From an uncultured Lachnospiraceae bacterium (GTDB taxonomy: Bacteria > Bacillota > Clostridia > Lachnospirales > Lachnospiraceae), in NCBI GenBank assembly GCA_902779395.1, contig CACZBK010000004.1, positions 88,043 to 120,042 on the forward strand: a DNA stretch of 32,000 nucleotides, written 5' to 3'. Of the stretch, positions 1 to 7,196 are shown piece by piece. A program made the translations under genes and the position numbers. Position 1 is the first letter of the stretch. Each line of letters starts with the position of its first letter. The notes beneath the pieces are model-generated. The model saw nothing but the letters and a program-made list of their open reading frames with translations, was not told the origin of the DNA and ran no database searches.

Positions 1-1809
1 GCAATAATCCAGGAACACATGGTATCTGACCACGAGCTTGATACGCTCTTCCTCCCATGCGGTCGCCGGATCTTTTAAGCGCTCTATCACGGAACTGTCA
101 TGCAGCCTTGCTTCGGCATCTACCGTTTGTTTCCGTCTGCCTATTCCCGTTTCATAGGTTTTACAGCCGGTCCCATAGAGCATCCATCCCAGGTCCGCTC
201 CTTCCTGAGGCTGAAGAGACCTTATATCCAATACCTGCAGTCCCTCACAGCCCTGGAACATCTGACTGAAATCCGTAACGGTCTTTCCGTCAAAAAGAGA
301 GAGGTCGATCTTCGTAAGTCTGTTCATCCCCCAGAACAGCTGCTTGAAACTACTGATCTTTCCGTGATATTTACTGTATACGGAATCCGGATTAGGAAGC
401 GTACCTCCGCCTTTTATGGAAAACAGGTCAAAAGGTATCGACAAATTTAAATTATAGTAATAATCCTTAAGTCTGTCCGACAGCTTAAGACGGTATGTTC
501 CGTCTTCCAGAAGCTCATAAACATAAACTTTTTCCAGGAATTCATCGTCCAGTGCATTTAAGTCAAATACCACCGTCTCCATCGTTTCGGCGTTGAATTC
601 TGTATCATTATTCTCATCCGTGATAAAAGCTGCGGCCTCTTCATCACGCACATAGATCTTAAGCCCTCCGCCCCCCGTTTTATGAAAAACATCATCCGCC
701 CCTGCCACAGAGTAACCGGTGGCTTTGCTGATGTTTGAGAAATCAAAAGATGACAGGTTCAGCCGCCTGAGCTTCGGGCATTCGCTAAAGGCACTTTCTA
801 TCCTTTCCACTCCGCTTATACCAAAGTTATCGAGATTGATGACCTCAAGGACCTTGCAATGGTAAAACATGTAAGTCATATTTTTCAGTGACCTTGTATC
901 GAAGTGATAGAGGTCGACGTTTTTAAGGCTGAAGCAGGAGCGGAACATGCTGGCCATTTCAGTGACTGAAGACGTTTCCAGCAAAGGCGCTGCCGCCTCA
1001 AGCGCAACACAGTCGCAAAACATACTGTTCAGTTTTTCAAGCTGCGGCGTATTCAGTTCCAGATAATAGACACACTTAAGCGATCTGCAATTTTGGAACA
1101 TACTGCTCATATCCCTGTACGGACGCTCTATGGTATGGTCCCAATCCTTCAGGCTTATGCTATTTACCTTTTCCAGGTTCCTGAAAAGGCCGGTCAGCTC
1201 CACGATCTTGTAGGTTTTATGATCCGTAACATATTCCACACCGGGATCCGGCACCGGATCCCCGGGGTTCCAGGTATAAGAGCCTGCAGTGAGGCTGCCG
1301 TCGTTATCCAGTGCTTTTTTAAACTCCGTGGTCAGGGAGACCTTTACTCCGTCTTCATCGAGCTCACTGCTTTCAAATTTATAGAATACCTCCAGCTGTT
1401 CCTTAGTGAGCATAGCTGCTGCCGTATCATCCCCTTCTTCGGCTTCTTTATCATCACCGCTGCTGTTCTCACTCAGCGTTTTTTCTTCATCAGTATCTGC
1501 CGCATCTTCATTTACCGGAACTGCTGCGGGATCTTCTTCATCTCCTGCTGCTTTGTTCTCACTTGCCGGCTCAGCCGCTTCATTTCCGCTGTGCTCACCG
1601 CCGTCTGCCGGCGCAGCTTCGTTCCCGCTGATATCATCAGCCTTATCTTCGCTGAGCTCATCGCTGCTTACGTTTTCTTCCTCCTCACCGGCAGCATAAA
1701 CCTTATCAGCCAAAAAACTTATCCCGCTATCCTGCAGGATACTGCCTCCTAACATGTTCATGGTACAGAATAATGCTACTGCCCTTTGAAACAATCTCTT
1801 TTTCTTCAC
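1..1809 (-). CDS. BspA-type leucine-rich-repeat (DUF285-like) secreted surface protein; 3' end runs off the window
   Basis: The minus-strand frame is open from a GTG at 1809 (GGGGGA Shine-Dalgarno about 6-11 nt upstream) to position 1. The N-terminus VKKKRLFQRAVALFCTMNMLGG looks like a signal peptide. An acidic D/E/A-rich linker follows. After that come repeated units of the type xMFxxCxxLxxvxL (SSMFQNCRSLK, NSMFCDCVALE, ASMFRSCFSLKNVDLYHFDTRSLKNMTYMFYHCKVLEVINL, FSQMFQGCEGLQVLDI), typical of the DUF285/BspA 26-residue repeat. It is missing from the ORF track only because it has no stop inside the window. Confidence 0.7.
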   Translation of the reverse strand, partial: MKKKRLFQRAVALFCTMNMLGGSILQDSGISFLADKVYAAGEEEENVSSDELSEDKADDISGNEAAPADGGEHSGNEAAEPASENKAAGDEEDPAAVPVNEDAADTDEEKTLSENSSGDDKEAEEGDDTAAAMLTKEQLEVFYKFESSELDEDGVKVSLTTEFKKALDNDGSLTAGSYTWNPGDPVPDPGVEYVTDHKTYKIVELTGLFRNLEKVNSISLKDWDHTIERPYRDMSSMFQNCRSLKCVYYLELNTPQLEKLNSMFCDCVALEAAAPLLETSSVTEMASMFRSCFSLKNVDLYHFDTRSLKNMTYMFYHCKVLEVINLDNFGISGVERIESAFSECPKLRRLNLSSFDFSNISKATGYSVAGADDVFHKTGGGGLKIYVRDEEAAAFITDENNDTEFNAETMETVVFDLNALDDEFLEKVYVYELLEDGTYRLKLSDRLKDYYYNLNLSIPFDLFSIKGGGTLPNPDSVYSKYHGKISSFKQLFWGMNRLTKIDLSLFDGKTVTDFSQMFQGCEGLQVLDIRSLQPQEGADLGWMLYGTGCKTYETGIGRRKQTVDAEARLHDSSVIERLKDPATAWEEERIKLVVRYHVFLDYC

Positions 1810-1894
1810 AGGAAATCCCCCCTTTATTAAATAAACATCATACTATGTTTCATACGGATCGCTGCGTACTGCGCACTATAAAAAAGTGTAACAT

Positions 1895-1920
1895 AAAAAC
1901 GGCATTTATACAAATGCCGT
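1895..1920 (-). terminator. Rho-independent terminator downstream of the tRNA-Arg/tRNA-His unit
   Basis: Minus-sense ACGGCATTT-GTATA-AATGCCGT hairpin (9-bp stem) followed by a run of four T. Confidence 0.7.
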
Positions 1921-1949
1921 CTCCGTAAATAAATATTCATATTTAAGCG

Positions 1950-2024
1950 GGTGGATAGAGGGACTCGAACCCTCGATCTCCAGAACCACAATCTGGCGCG
2001 TTAACCAACTACGCTATATCCACC
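1950..2024 (-). tRNA. tRNA-His (anticodon GTG)
   Basis: The reverse complement folds as a cloverleaf. The acceptor is GTGGATA/TATCCAC with the extra 5' G(-1) opposite discriminator C that is diagnostic of tRNA-His. The anticodon stem CCAGA/TCTGG carries loop TTGTGGT. The T arm is GAGGG-TTCGAGT-CCCTC. No CCA is encoded. Confidence 0.9.
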
Positions 2025-2049
2025 ATATAATGCCGGCCTTCCCGGCGAA

Positions 2050-2123
<74 letters not shown>

Positions 2124-2163
2124 ACTCCAAAACTTATCGGGGTTTAAAACCCGCAACTCGTGT

Positions 2164-2192
2164 ATTATCTCAAACTCCACAGCAAATGTCAA
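2164..2192 (-). promoter_or_regulatory. sigma-A type promoter for the tRNA-Arg/His unit
   Basis: Minus-sense TTGACA (2187-2192), 17-nt spacer, GATAAT (2164-2169), about 40 nt upstream of the tRNA-Arg 5' end. Confidence 0.6.
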
Positions 2193-2256
2193 GAGAATTT
2201 TATCGTTATATCAAAGCCCATTACTGCCACAGCCTGATGGCCGTGGTAGTAACAAT

Positions 2257-5049
2257 TTATCTCATACTGTATCCGCCGGTACTGCCTTTAACAAAGCGGG
2301 ACAGCCACTTCTTAGCTTTTTCGTCCCCATGGTTCGCCGCCTTTGAGAAATGTCCGGCTGCTTTGTTAAGATCCGGTCCGTCTTCAAAAGGTAGAGTATG
2401 ATAATATCCAAGAATAAACTCTGCCTTTTTCTCACCTTCATCAACCGCCTTCTGAGCAAACATGCACGCTTCCTTCATCTCTTCTTCTGTAGGCTGTTTT
2501 GAACCGTACTCTCTGTCGGGATCAGCCAGGCAATAAGCTATACGATACATAGCGAATCTGTCATTGGCAACGATCTCAAGAAGTTTCTTATACCAGAACA
2601 CTGCTCTTGATGCATCCTTCTTCACTCCGGTACCGAAATCATAGGCTATGGCTACATTTCGTATACCCTTCTCCTGACCAAGCTCAGCAGCTTTACTGCT
2701 CCATTCAAATGCAGCCTTCGCATTCTTAGCCACACCGTCCCCATAGAGATAAAACTGACCTACTAAAGCCATGGATCTGGGATCACCGAACTCAGCACAC
2801 TTCATATAATATCTGAATGCTTCTGCAAGGTTTTTATCGATGTTAATACCTTCCTCATACATGCGGCCTATCGTGAAAAGGCAGCGTATAGTCTCATCTT
2901 TTCTTGAAGAGACCTCTTCGTCCTCCAGCGCTGCATCCAGCATCTCCTTAAGAGCCCCCTGCTTTTCAGGGATTTCCGAACGGTTTCTGAGAAGCCATTC
3001 AACATAATAAACTACAGCTCTGTTCTTTCCGTAAAGAGCCGCTTCCTTAACAAGGGGCTGTGCAAGCTTAAACGCATGCTCCTTGTAGTACATAACGCCC
3101 AGACGCTCTGCAATGATATAATACTGATCCTTTGAATCGCATTCCTCTGCAGTGATCTGCGCTTTTCTGAAATATTCATTATATTTATCAAGAGCAGCTT
3201 CAAGTTCATTGCGTCCGTTTTCAATAACCGGATCACTCTTCTTTATTGCTTTCTTTGCATATATAGACACCTCGTCCCGGAGTGCCTTGACCTGCTTAGC
3301 CCTCTCTTCGGCAGCTTTACGTGCGGCCTCTTCATCAGCCTTACGCTTCGCCTCTTCTTCCGCCTTGCGCTTAGCCTCTTCTTCTGCCTTGCGCTTAGCT
3401 TCCTCTTCGGCACGCTTCTTTTCTTCTTCAGCTTTACGTCTCGCTTCTTCCTCTGCGCGCTTCCTCTCTTCTTCTGCCTTACGCGCTGCCTCTTCTGCTG
3501 CTTTTCGCTCTTCTTCTGCCTTGCGTTTAGCTTCCTCTTCAGCGCGCTTCTTTTCTTCCTCGGCCTTACGTGCCGCCTCTTCAGCTGCACGTTTCTTTTC
3601 TTCTTCTGCCTTACGCGCTGCCTCTTCTGCTGCTTTCCGCTCTTCTTCTGCCTTACGTGCTGCTTCAGCAGCCGCTCTCTTTTCTTCCTCGGCCTTACGT
3701 GCCGCTTCCTCAGCACGTTTCTTTTCTTCTTCTATTCTTTTAGCTGCTTCTTCGGCACGCTTTTTCTCTTCCTCTGCCTTGCGGGCTGCCTCTATCTCCG
3801 CATGACGCTTTTCTTCCTCTTCTCTGCGCTTCCGCTGCTCTTCCGCAAGTTTGGCCGCCTGCTCCTCGGCACGCTTTTTCTGTTCCTCAAGCTTCTGCTC
3901 TGCTTCTTCTCTTGTAAGTCCGACAGGTACCTGTACCGTGGACATAGCTACCTGCTGCTCTTTACTTATCGCAGGAATGGGCGCAGATGCCGTAGTGTCT
4001 TTATTAGCCTCCTGAGCTGCCTTTGCCTGAAGGGCCATAGCTGCTGCCACAGCAGGTGAAGGACCTCCGTTGGCCTCTGCCTCTTTAATATCAACATTCT
4101 GCTCTGTCTGCGGCTTGGTCTGTACCGGCTGTGCGGGTGCTACTCCCGCCTGTGCTGCCTGTTGAGCCTGAAGTGCTATAGCCGCCTGTACGGCAGGTGA
4201 TGCACTGTTAGATGCCGAAGCAGACTGGAGAGCCTGTGCCGCCTGTGCTGCCTGTGCCGCATGCATAGCCTGGGCAGCTCTGGCAACCTGTGCCGCCTGG
4301 GCTATCTGTGCAGCCTGGGCTACATTAGGAGTCTGTTTTGCCTGAAGAGCCATAGCTGCTGCCACAGCAGGTGAAGGTGCCCCGTGAGATGAACTGCCGC
4401 CCTGAGGAGCAGCCTTTGCCTGAGGCTTAACCTGAGGCTGAACCTGCTGCTGGGCCTGTATAGCCTGTGCTGCCGCAACGGCAGGCGAAGGTCCTGCATT
4501 ACGTATAGGAGCCGGCTGGACAGTCGGGATCGTCTGTGCGGGAACAGGTGCCGGCGCAACATTGGAAACCCCTGCCGTTACATGTGCAGGTGCCGGTGCA
4601 GGTGCTGCCTGAGCCGATGATGGAGCTGCCAGCATGGGATTGTTAGGTGCAGACTGCACCTCCTTTTCTTTATGTACATTATTGACTTTCTGTTCAGATA
4701 CAAATGTGGGAGCCTTCGGCCCGGGTTCCTGCTTAACAGGAGCACCAAGTCCTGCCGAAAAATCATCGGCACTCTTTAAGAAATCCAGCTCCGGAGCTGC
4801 GGGTGCAGGCTCCTCCTTTTTCTCATCCAGAAATGAAAGGGAAATACTTCCGTCACAGGGTTTTCCGCAGGACCAGCAGAACCTTGCCTTCAGATCAAGA
4901 GCAGAACCGCAATAGATACAATTCCTTCCCTTTGAAGTAACATTGGCAAAAAGATTGGTCTTTGTCTCGGTGAATTCCGCGCAGCCGCATTTCTTGCATA
5001 CGCGGTCCATCATCCCCAGTTTATTTCCGCATTGTGCACAAACCTTCAT
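2257..5049 (-). CDS. Large modular protein with N-terminal double zinc ribbon, Ala/Gln/Pro-rich region, ER/K charged helix and C-terminal Sel1-like repeats
   Basis: 930-aa ORF. There are two CxxC...CxxC zinc-ribbon units (CAQCGN..CKKCGC and CIYCGS..CWSCGKPC). The motif SPAVAAAxAxQAxx occurs four times in an A/Q/P-rich segment. About 200 aa are a pure E/K/R/A repeat (AEEEKKRAEEEAKRK...). The C-terminal ~330 aa carry Sel1/TPR-like signatures (GDGVAKNAKAAFEWSSKAAELG, GTGVKKDASRAVFWYKKL). A good promoter lies upstream. Confidence 0.85.
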   Translation of the reverse strand: MKVCAQCGNKLGMMDRVCKKCGCAEFTETKTNLFANVTSKGRNCIYCGSALDLKARFCWSCGKPCDGSISLSFLDEKKEEPAPAAPELDFLKSADDFSAGLGAPVKQEPGPKAPTFVSEQKVNNVHKEKEVQSAPNNPMLAAPSSAQAAPAPAPAHVTAGVSNVAPAPVPAQTIPTVQPAPIRNAGPSPAVAAAQAIQAQQQVQPQVKPQAKAAPQGGSSSHGAPSPAVAAAMALQAKQTPNVAQAAQIAQAAQVARAAQAMHAAQAAQAAQALQSASASNSASPAVQAAIALQAQQAAQAGVAPAQPVQTKPQTEQNVDIKEAEANGGPSPAVAAAMALQAKAAQEANKDTTASAPIPAISKEQQVAMSTVQVPVGLTREEAEQKLEEQKKRAEEQAAKLAEEQRKRREEEEKRHAEIEAARKAEEEKKRAEEAAKRIEEEKKRAEEAARKAEEEKRAAAEAARKAEEERKAAEEAARKAEEEKKRAAEEAARKAEEEKKRAEEEAKRKAEEERKAAEEAARKAEEERKRAEEEARRKAEEEKKRAEEEAKRKAEEEAKRKAEEEAKRKADEEAARKAAEERAKQVKALRDEVSIYAKKAIKKSDPVIENGRNELEAALDKYNEYFRKAQITAEECDSKDQYYIIAERLGVMYYKEHAFKLAQPLVKEAALYGKNRAVVYYVEWLLRNRSEIPEKQGALKEMLDAALEDEEVSSRKDETIRCLFTIGRMYEEGINIDKNLAEAFRYYMKCAEFGDPRSMALVGQFYLYGDGVAKNAKAAFEWSSKAAELGQEKGIRNVAIAYDFGTGVKKDASRAVFWYKKLLEIVANDRFAMYRIAYCLADPDREYGSKQPTEEEMKEACMFAQKAVDEGEKKAEFILGYYHTLPFEDGPDLNKAAGHFSKAANHGDEKAKKWLSRFVKGSTGGYSMR

Positions 5050-5133
5050 GTTAACCTCATTTCTGACGGATATAAAAAGAAAAGATCCGTCCCACCCCCG
5101 TGGTCTTTAATATGTGCAGTGACCTGCTAAACC

Positions 5134-5162
5134 ATTATATTATATTGTATAAGAATATTCAA
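5134..5162 (-). promoter_or_regulatory. sigma-A type promoter of the zinc-ribbon/Sel1 gene
   Basis: Minus-sense TTGAAT (5157-5162), 17-nt spacer, TATAAT (5134-5139), about 85 nt upstream of the ATG at 5049. Confidence 0.65.
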
Positions 5163-5229
5163 GAAAATATGACTTAATTTCTTTATATAAAAACAGAAAT
5201 TTTTATACAAATTTAACGGACTTGCCAGC

Positions 5230-6525
5230 TCAGTTAGAGCCTATGGTAACATACAACTGCCTTCTTCCGAACCGTATCGCATCCTCATGATTTTCGAAAT
5301 AAATATCTATATGATTACCGTTTACACCGCCTCCGCAGTCTTCGGCAATGTACTCACCCATACCCTCAATAAACACATGAGTACCATAAGGGATAACCCT
5401 CGGATCCACTGCAATGGTCCTTCCCTCTTCAGGTACCGTTCCGGTAGCAGTATGAGGCTCCCTGCCCGTAACTTCAGGGCTGAACGACCCGCAGCACAAA
5501 CGGCAGGAGCAATAACTGGTGCAGGTAAAGAGCACGGCTTCACCATTCAGGCGCGCATACTCAACGGAATTCATAAGATCATCACCCAGGACATATCCAA
5601 CCATACCATCATACTGTACCATGGCATAACCGTCACGTTCTCCAAGAAGAAGAACATCGGTCCCGGCCGGAAGAGTAGCCAGCAGGTCATCCGATTCCCC
5701 GGGCATATTCCTCATGGATGTTTTAACACCTATCTGATAACTAATCTGTTTCTCGTTTTTCTCTGCACGGGGACTGCTTTTCTTTTCAAGCTTCATTGCA
5801 GTGCTTGCTGTAGCGGTAACGGTCTGGCTTCCCTGAATACCCTCGCCGCCTATCAGTGCGACCTGTTTCATGGGAACAGCTGAATTGCTGTCATTGAAAG
5901 CACGTCCTGCAGGGTTTACATCAGTATTTTCAAGACAGCTGGCAAGAGCATAGCCTTCCACTCCGTTAAACCTGACATGAAGAAAGCCATTTTCACCGCC
6001 GTCAAGATACTCTACAACATCCCCGTTCTTAAGCAGATCGATCCTGGAGCTTGATGCTGAAGCTTCCTCGCGGAAATTAACTCCGGCTGCAACCCTGATC
6101 ATCACAGCCTGCTTACCTGCTGCCATCTCAAGTGCGATGGCTCTGGCCTGTTCTTCCCTCTTTGCCGCAGCCTCTTTCGCTGTCTCCATAGCCTCCTGCG
6201 CAGTGATCACATTCGTAACTTCAGGCACGGAAAGCTTTTCCGAAACGATCCCGTCGGAGTATATCTGATCAACAGCCACATATCCCTTGGTCCCGTCATA
6301 TTCCACAAGAGTATAGCCATCCTTCTCCCCGCCTATAAGACGAACCTGTGCCCCTTCGGGAAGGGTCATGATCCAGGTCCCTTCTACCGAAGGTGCCTTA
6401 CGGAGATTGGATCGCTCCATAACTGTATAATAATTGTCTTCACCTGCTGCCGTGCAATTGAATGCCGCTTTTCCCATTCCCAAAACCATAAGCAGGGAAG
6501 CAAGTATCAATGCTCTCTTTTTCAT
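5230..6525 (-). CDS. Secreted cell-wall protein with three bacterial SH3 (SH3b) domains and a C-terminal 3D (YocH/YabE/MltA-like) domain
   Basis: The track ORF is 5230..6600. I place the start at the internal ATG at 6525 (MKKRALILASLLMVLG signal peptide, GGGAG Shine-Dalgarno about 5 nt upstream). SH3b-like units occur three times (..LRKAPSVEG..GYTLVEYDGTKGYV.., ..FREEASASS..GFLHVRFNGVEGYA.., ..MRNMPGESD..GYAMVQYDGMVGYV..). The C-terminus TATGTVPEEGRTIAVDPRVIPYGTHVFIEGMGEYIAEDCGGGVNGNHIDIYF matches the 3D domain. Confidence 0.85.
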   Translation of the reverse strand: MKKRALILASLLMVLGMGKAAFNCTAAGEDNYYTVMERSNLRKAPSVEGTWIMTLPEGAQVRLIGGEKDGYTLVEYDGTKGYVAVDQIYSDGIVSEKLSVPEVTNVITAQEAMETAKEAAAKREEQARAIALEMAAGKQAVMIRVAAGVNFREEASASSSRIDLLKNGDVVEYLDGGENGFLHVRFNGVEGYALASCLENTDVNPAGRAFNDSNSAVPMKQVALIGGEGIQGSQTVTATASTAMKLEKKSSPRAEKNEKQISYQIGVKTSMRNMPGESDDLLATLPAGTDVLLLGERDGYAMVQYDGMVGYVLGDDLMNSVEYARLNGEAVLFTCTSYCSCRLCCGSFSPEVTGREPHTATGTVPEEGRTIAVDPRVIPYGTHVFIEGMGEYIAEDCGGGVNGNHIDIYFENHEDAIRFGRRQLYVTIGSN

Positions 6526-6570
6526 TTTACTCCCATAGCCGGAACTCAAGCAAGTCCGCGTCAACTTATT

Positions 6571-6598
6571 TGTAACATTTCTGTAACTTTTTTGTAAC
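6571..6598. promoter_or_regulatory. Three perfect TGTAAC hexamers separated by 5-nt spacers (WalR-box-like direct repeats)
   Basis: The plus strand reads TGTAAC-ATTTC-TGTAAC-TTTTT-TGTAAC (6571-6576, 6582-6587, 6593-6598). This fits the WalR/YycF consensus TGTWAH-N5-TGTWAH. The repeats lie between the predicted -10 and the start codon of the 3D-domain gene. Confidence 0.5.
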
Positions 6599-6602
6599 AA
6601 TC

Positions 6603-6631
6603 ATAATACTTTCTTAACGGCCTAATGTCAA
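6603..6631 (-). promoter_or_regulatory. sigma-A type promoter of the SH3b/3D-domain gene
   Basis: Minus-sense TTGACA (6626-6631), 17-nt spacer, TATTAT (6603-6608). Confidence 0.6.
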
Positions 6632-6656
6632 GCGCCAGATGTAGCAAAATAAACAC

Positions 6657-6684
6657 AAAAAAAAGCCACATATTGTGGCTTTTT
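6657..6684. terminator. Bidirectional Rho-independent terminator (ends the HPr-like gene transcript)
   Basis: AAAAAAA-AGCCACA-TAT-TGTGGCT-TTTT: a 7-bp stem flanked by an A run and a T run. Confidence 0.7.
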
Positions 6685-6711
6685 CCGACCTTTTTCTGCA
6701 CTTACCTAAAA

Positions 6712-6966
6712 TCACTGAAAACAGGCAGATATTTCCTTAACAGCCATCTGTTCATCATCCCCTTCAGCGATCAGGTCAAAACTTGTACCTCTTGTCAGCC
6801 GCAGAATTGTCATCCCCATAATGCTCTTCATGTTGATGTTCTTTTCCTCTGACTCAATGTGCAGCGAACAGTCATAATGGCAGGCCGACTGCACAAGATA
6901 GGGAATGATATCGGTTCCGAATTCCTTTTCGACATTGATAGTCTGTTTGATCATCCTTCTTCTCAT
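6712..6966 (-). CDS. HPr-family (PTS phosphocarrier-like) protein lacking the His15 site, Crh-like
   Basis: 84-aa ORF; the start could instead be the MIKQ Met four codons downstream. The Ser46 region NMKSIMGM and the C-terminal AEGDDEQMAVKEI are HPr-like. The position of GIHARPA reads GTDIIPY, with no His. Confidence 0.7.
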   Translation of the reverse strand: MRRRMIKQTINVEKEFGTDIIPYLVQSACHYDCSLHIESEEKNINMKSIMGMTILRLTRGTSFDLIAEGDDEQMAVKEISACFQ

Positions 6967-7030
6967 CCTTTTCGATTAGTTAACCCCACAACCCCAAAAG
7001 AACGATGATCCTTCTCTGCATGTCTGCATA

Positions 7031-7058
7031 AAAAAATGCTGAACCCCTCAGCATTTTT
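7031..7058. terminator. Bidirectional hairpin terminator downstream of tRNA-Gly
   Basis: AAAAA-ATGCTGA-ACCCC-TCAGCAT-TTTT. Confidence 0.65.
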
Positions 7059-7062
7059 CAAG

Positions 7063-7135
7063 AGCGATAGACGGGACTCGAACCCGCGAGCTCAACCTTG
7101 GCAAGGTCGTGTGCTACCAACTGCACCACTATCGC
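7063..7135 (-). tRNA. tRNA-Gly (anticodon GCC)
   Basis: In the reverse complement the acceptor is GCGATAG/CTATCGC. The anticodon stem CGACC/GGTTG carries loop TTGCCAA. The T arm is GCGGG-TTCGAGT-CCCGT. No CCA is encoded. Confidence 0.9.
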
Positions 7136-7158
7136 ATCTGCCCTAACGGACAATGAGT

Positions 7159-7187
7159 ATTCTATCTCGGTCATTATAATTTGTCAA
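7159..7187 (-). promoter_or_regulatory. sigma-A type promoter of tRNA-Gly
   Basis: Minus-sense TTGACA (7182-7187), 17-nt spacer, TAGAAT (7159-7164), about 24 nt upstream of the tRNA 5' end. Confidence 0.6.
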
Positions 7188-7196
7188 GGACTTTTT

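Noticed and set aside
1093-1752. Plus-strand ORFs 1093..1752 and 1406..1699
   Set aside because: They are antisense to the LRR protein gene. Their translations are low-complexity (S/A/F/I-rich) mirror images of the acidic linker, with no Shine-Dalgarno.
3152-3805. Plus-strand 217-aa ORF, plus the minus-strand out-of-frame 157-aa ORF at 3243..3716
   Set aside because: These are shadow ORFs generated by the repetitive GAA/GCC-rich ER/K coding sequence. Their translations are monotonous (SSSALRAAS... or KKRxxRQKK...).
3280-3912. CRISPR-like or mobile-element repeat array
   Set aside because: The repeats are in frame within a long coding sequence, have no unique spacers of regular size and simply encode the E/K/R/A helix.
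6526-6600. N-terminal extension of the SH3b/3D-domain ORF (MLQKSYRNVTNKLTRTCLSSGYGSK)
   Set aside because: The extension would be translated from the promoter/TGTAAC-repeat region and has no Shine-Dalgarno. The internal ATG at 6525 has a GGGAG Shine-Dalgarno and begins a canonical signal peptide.
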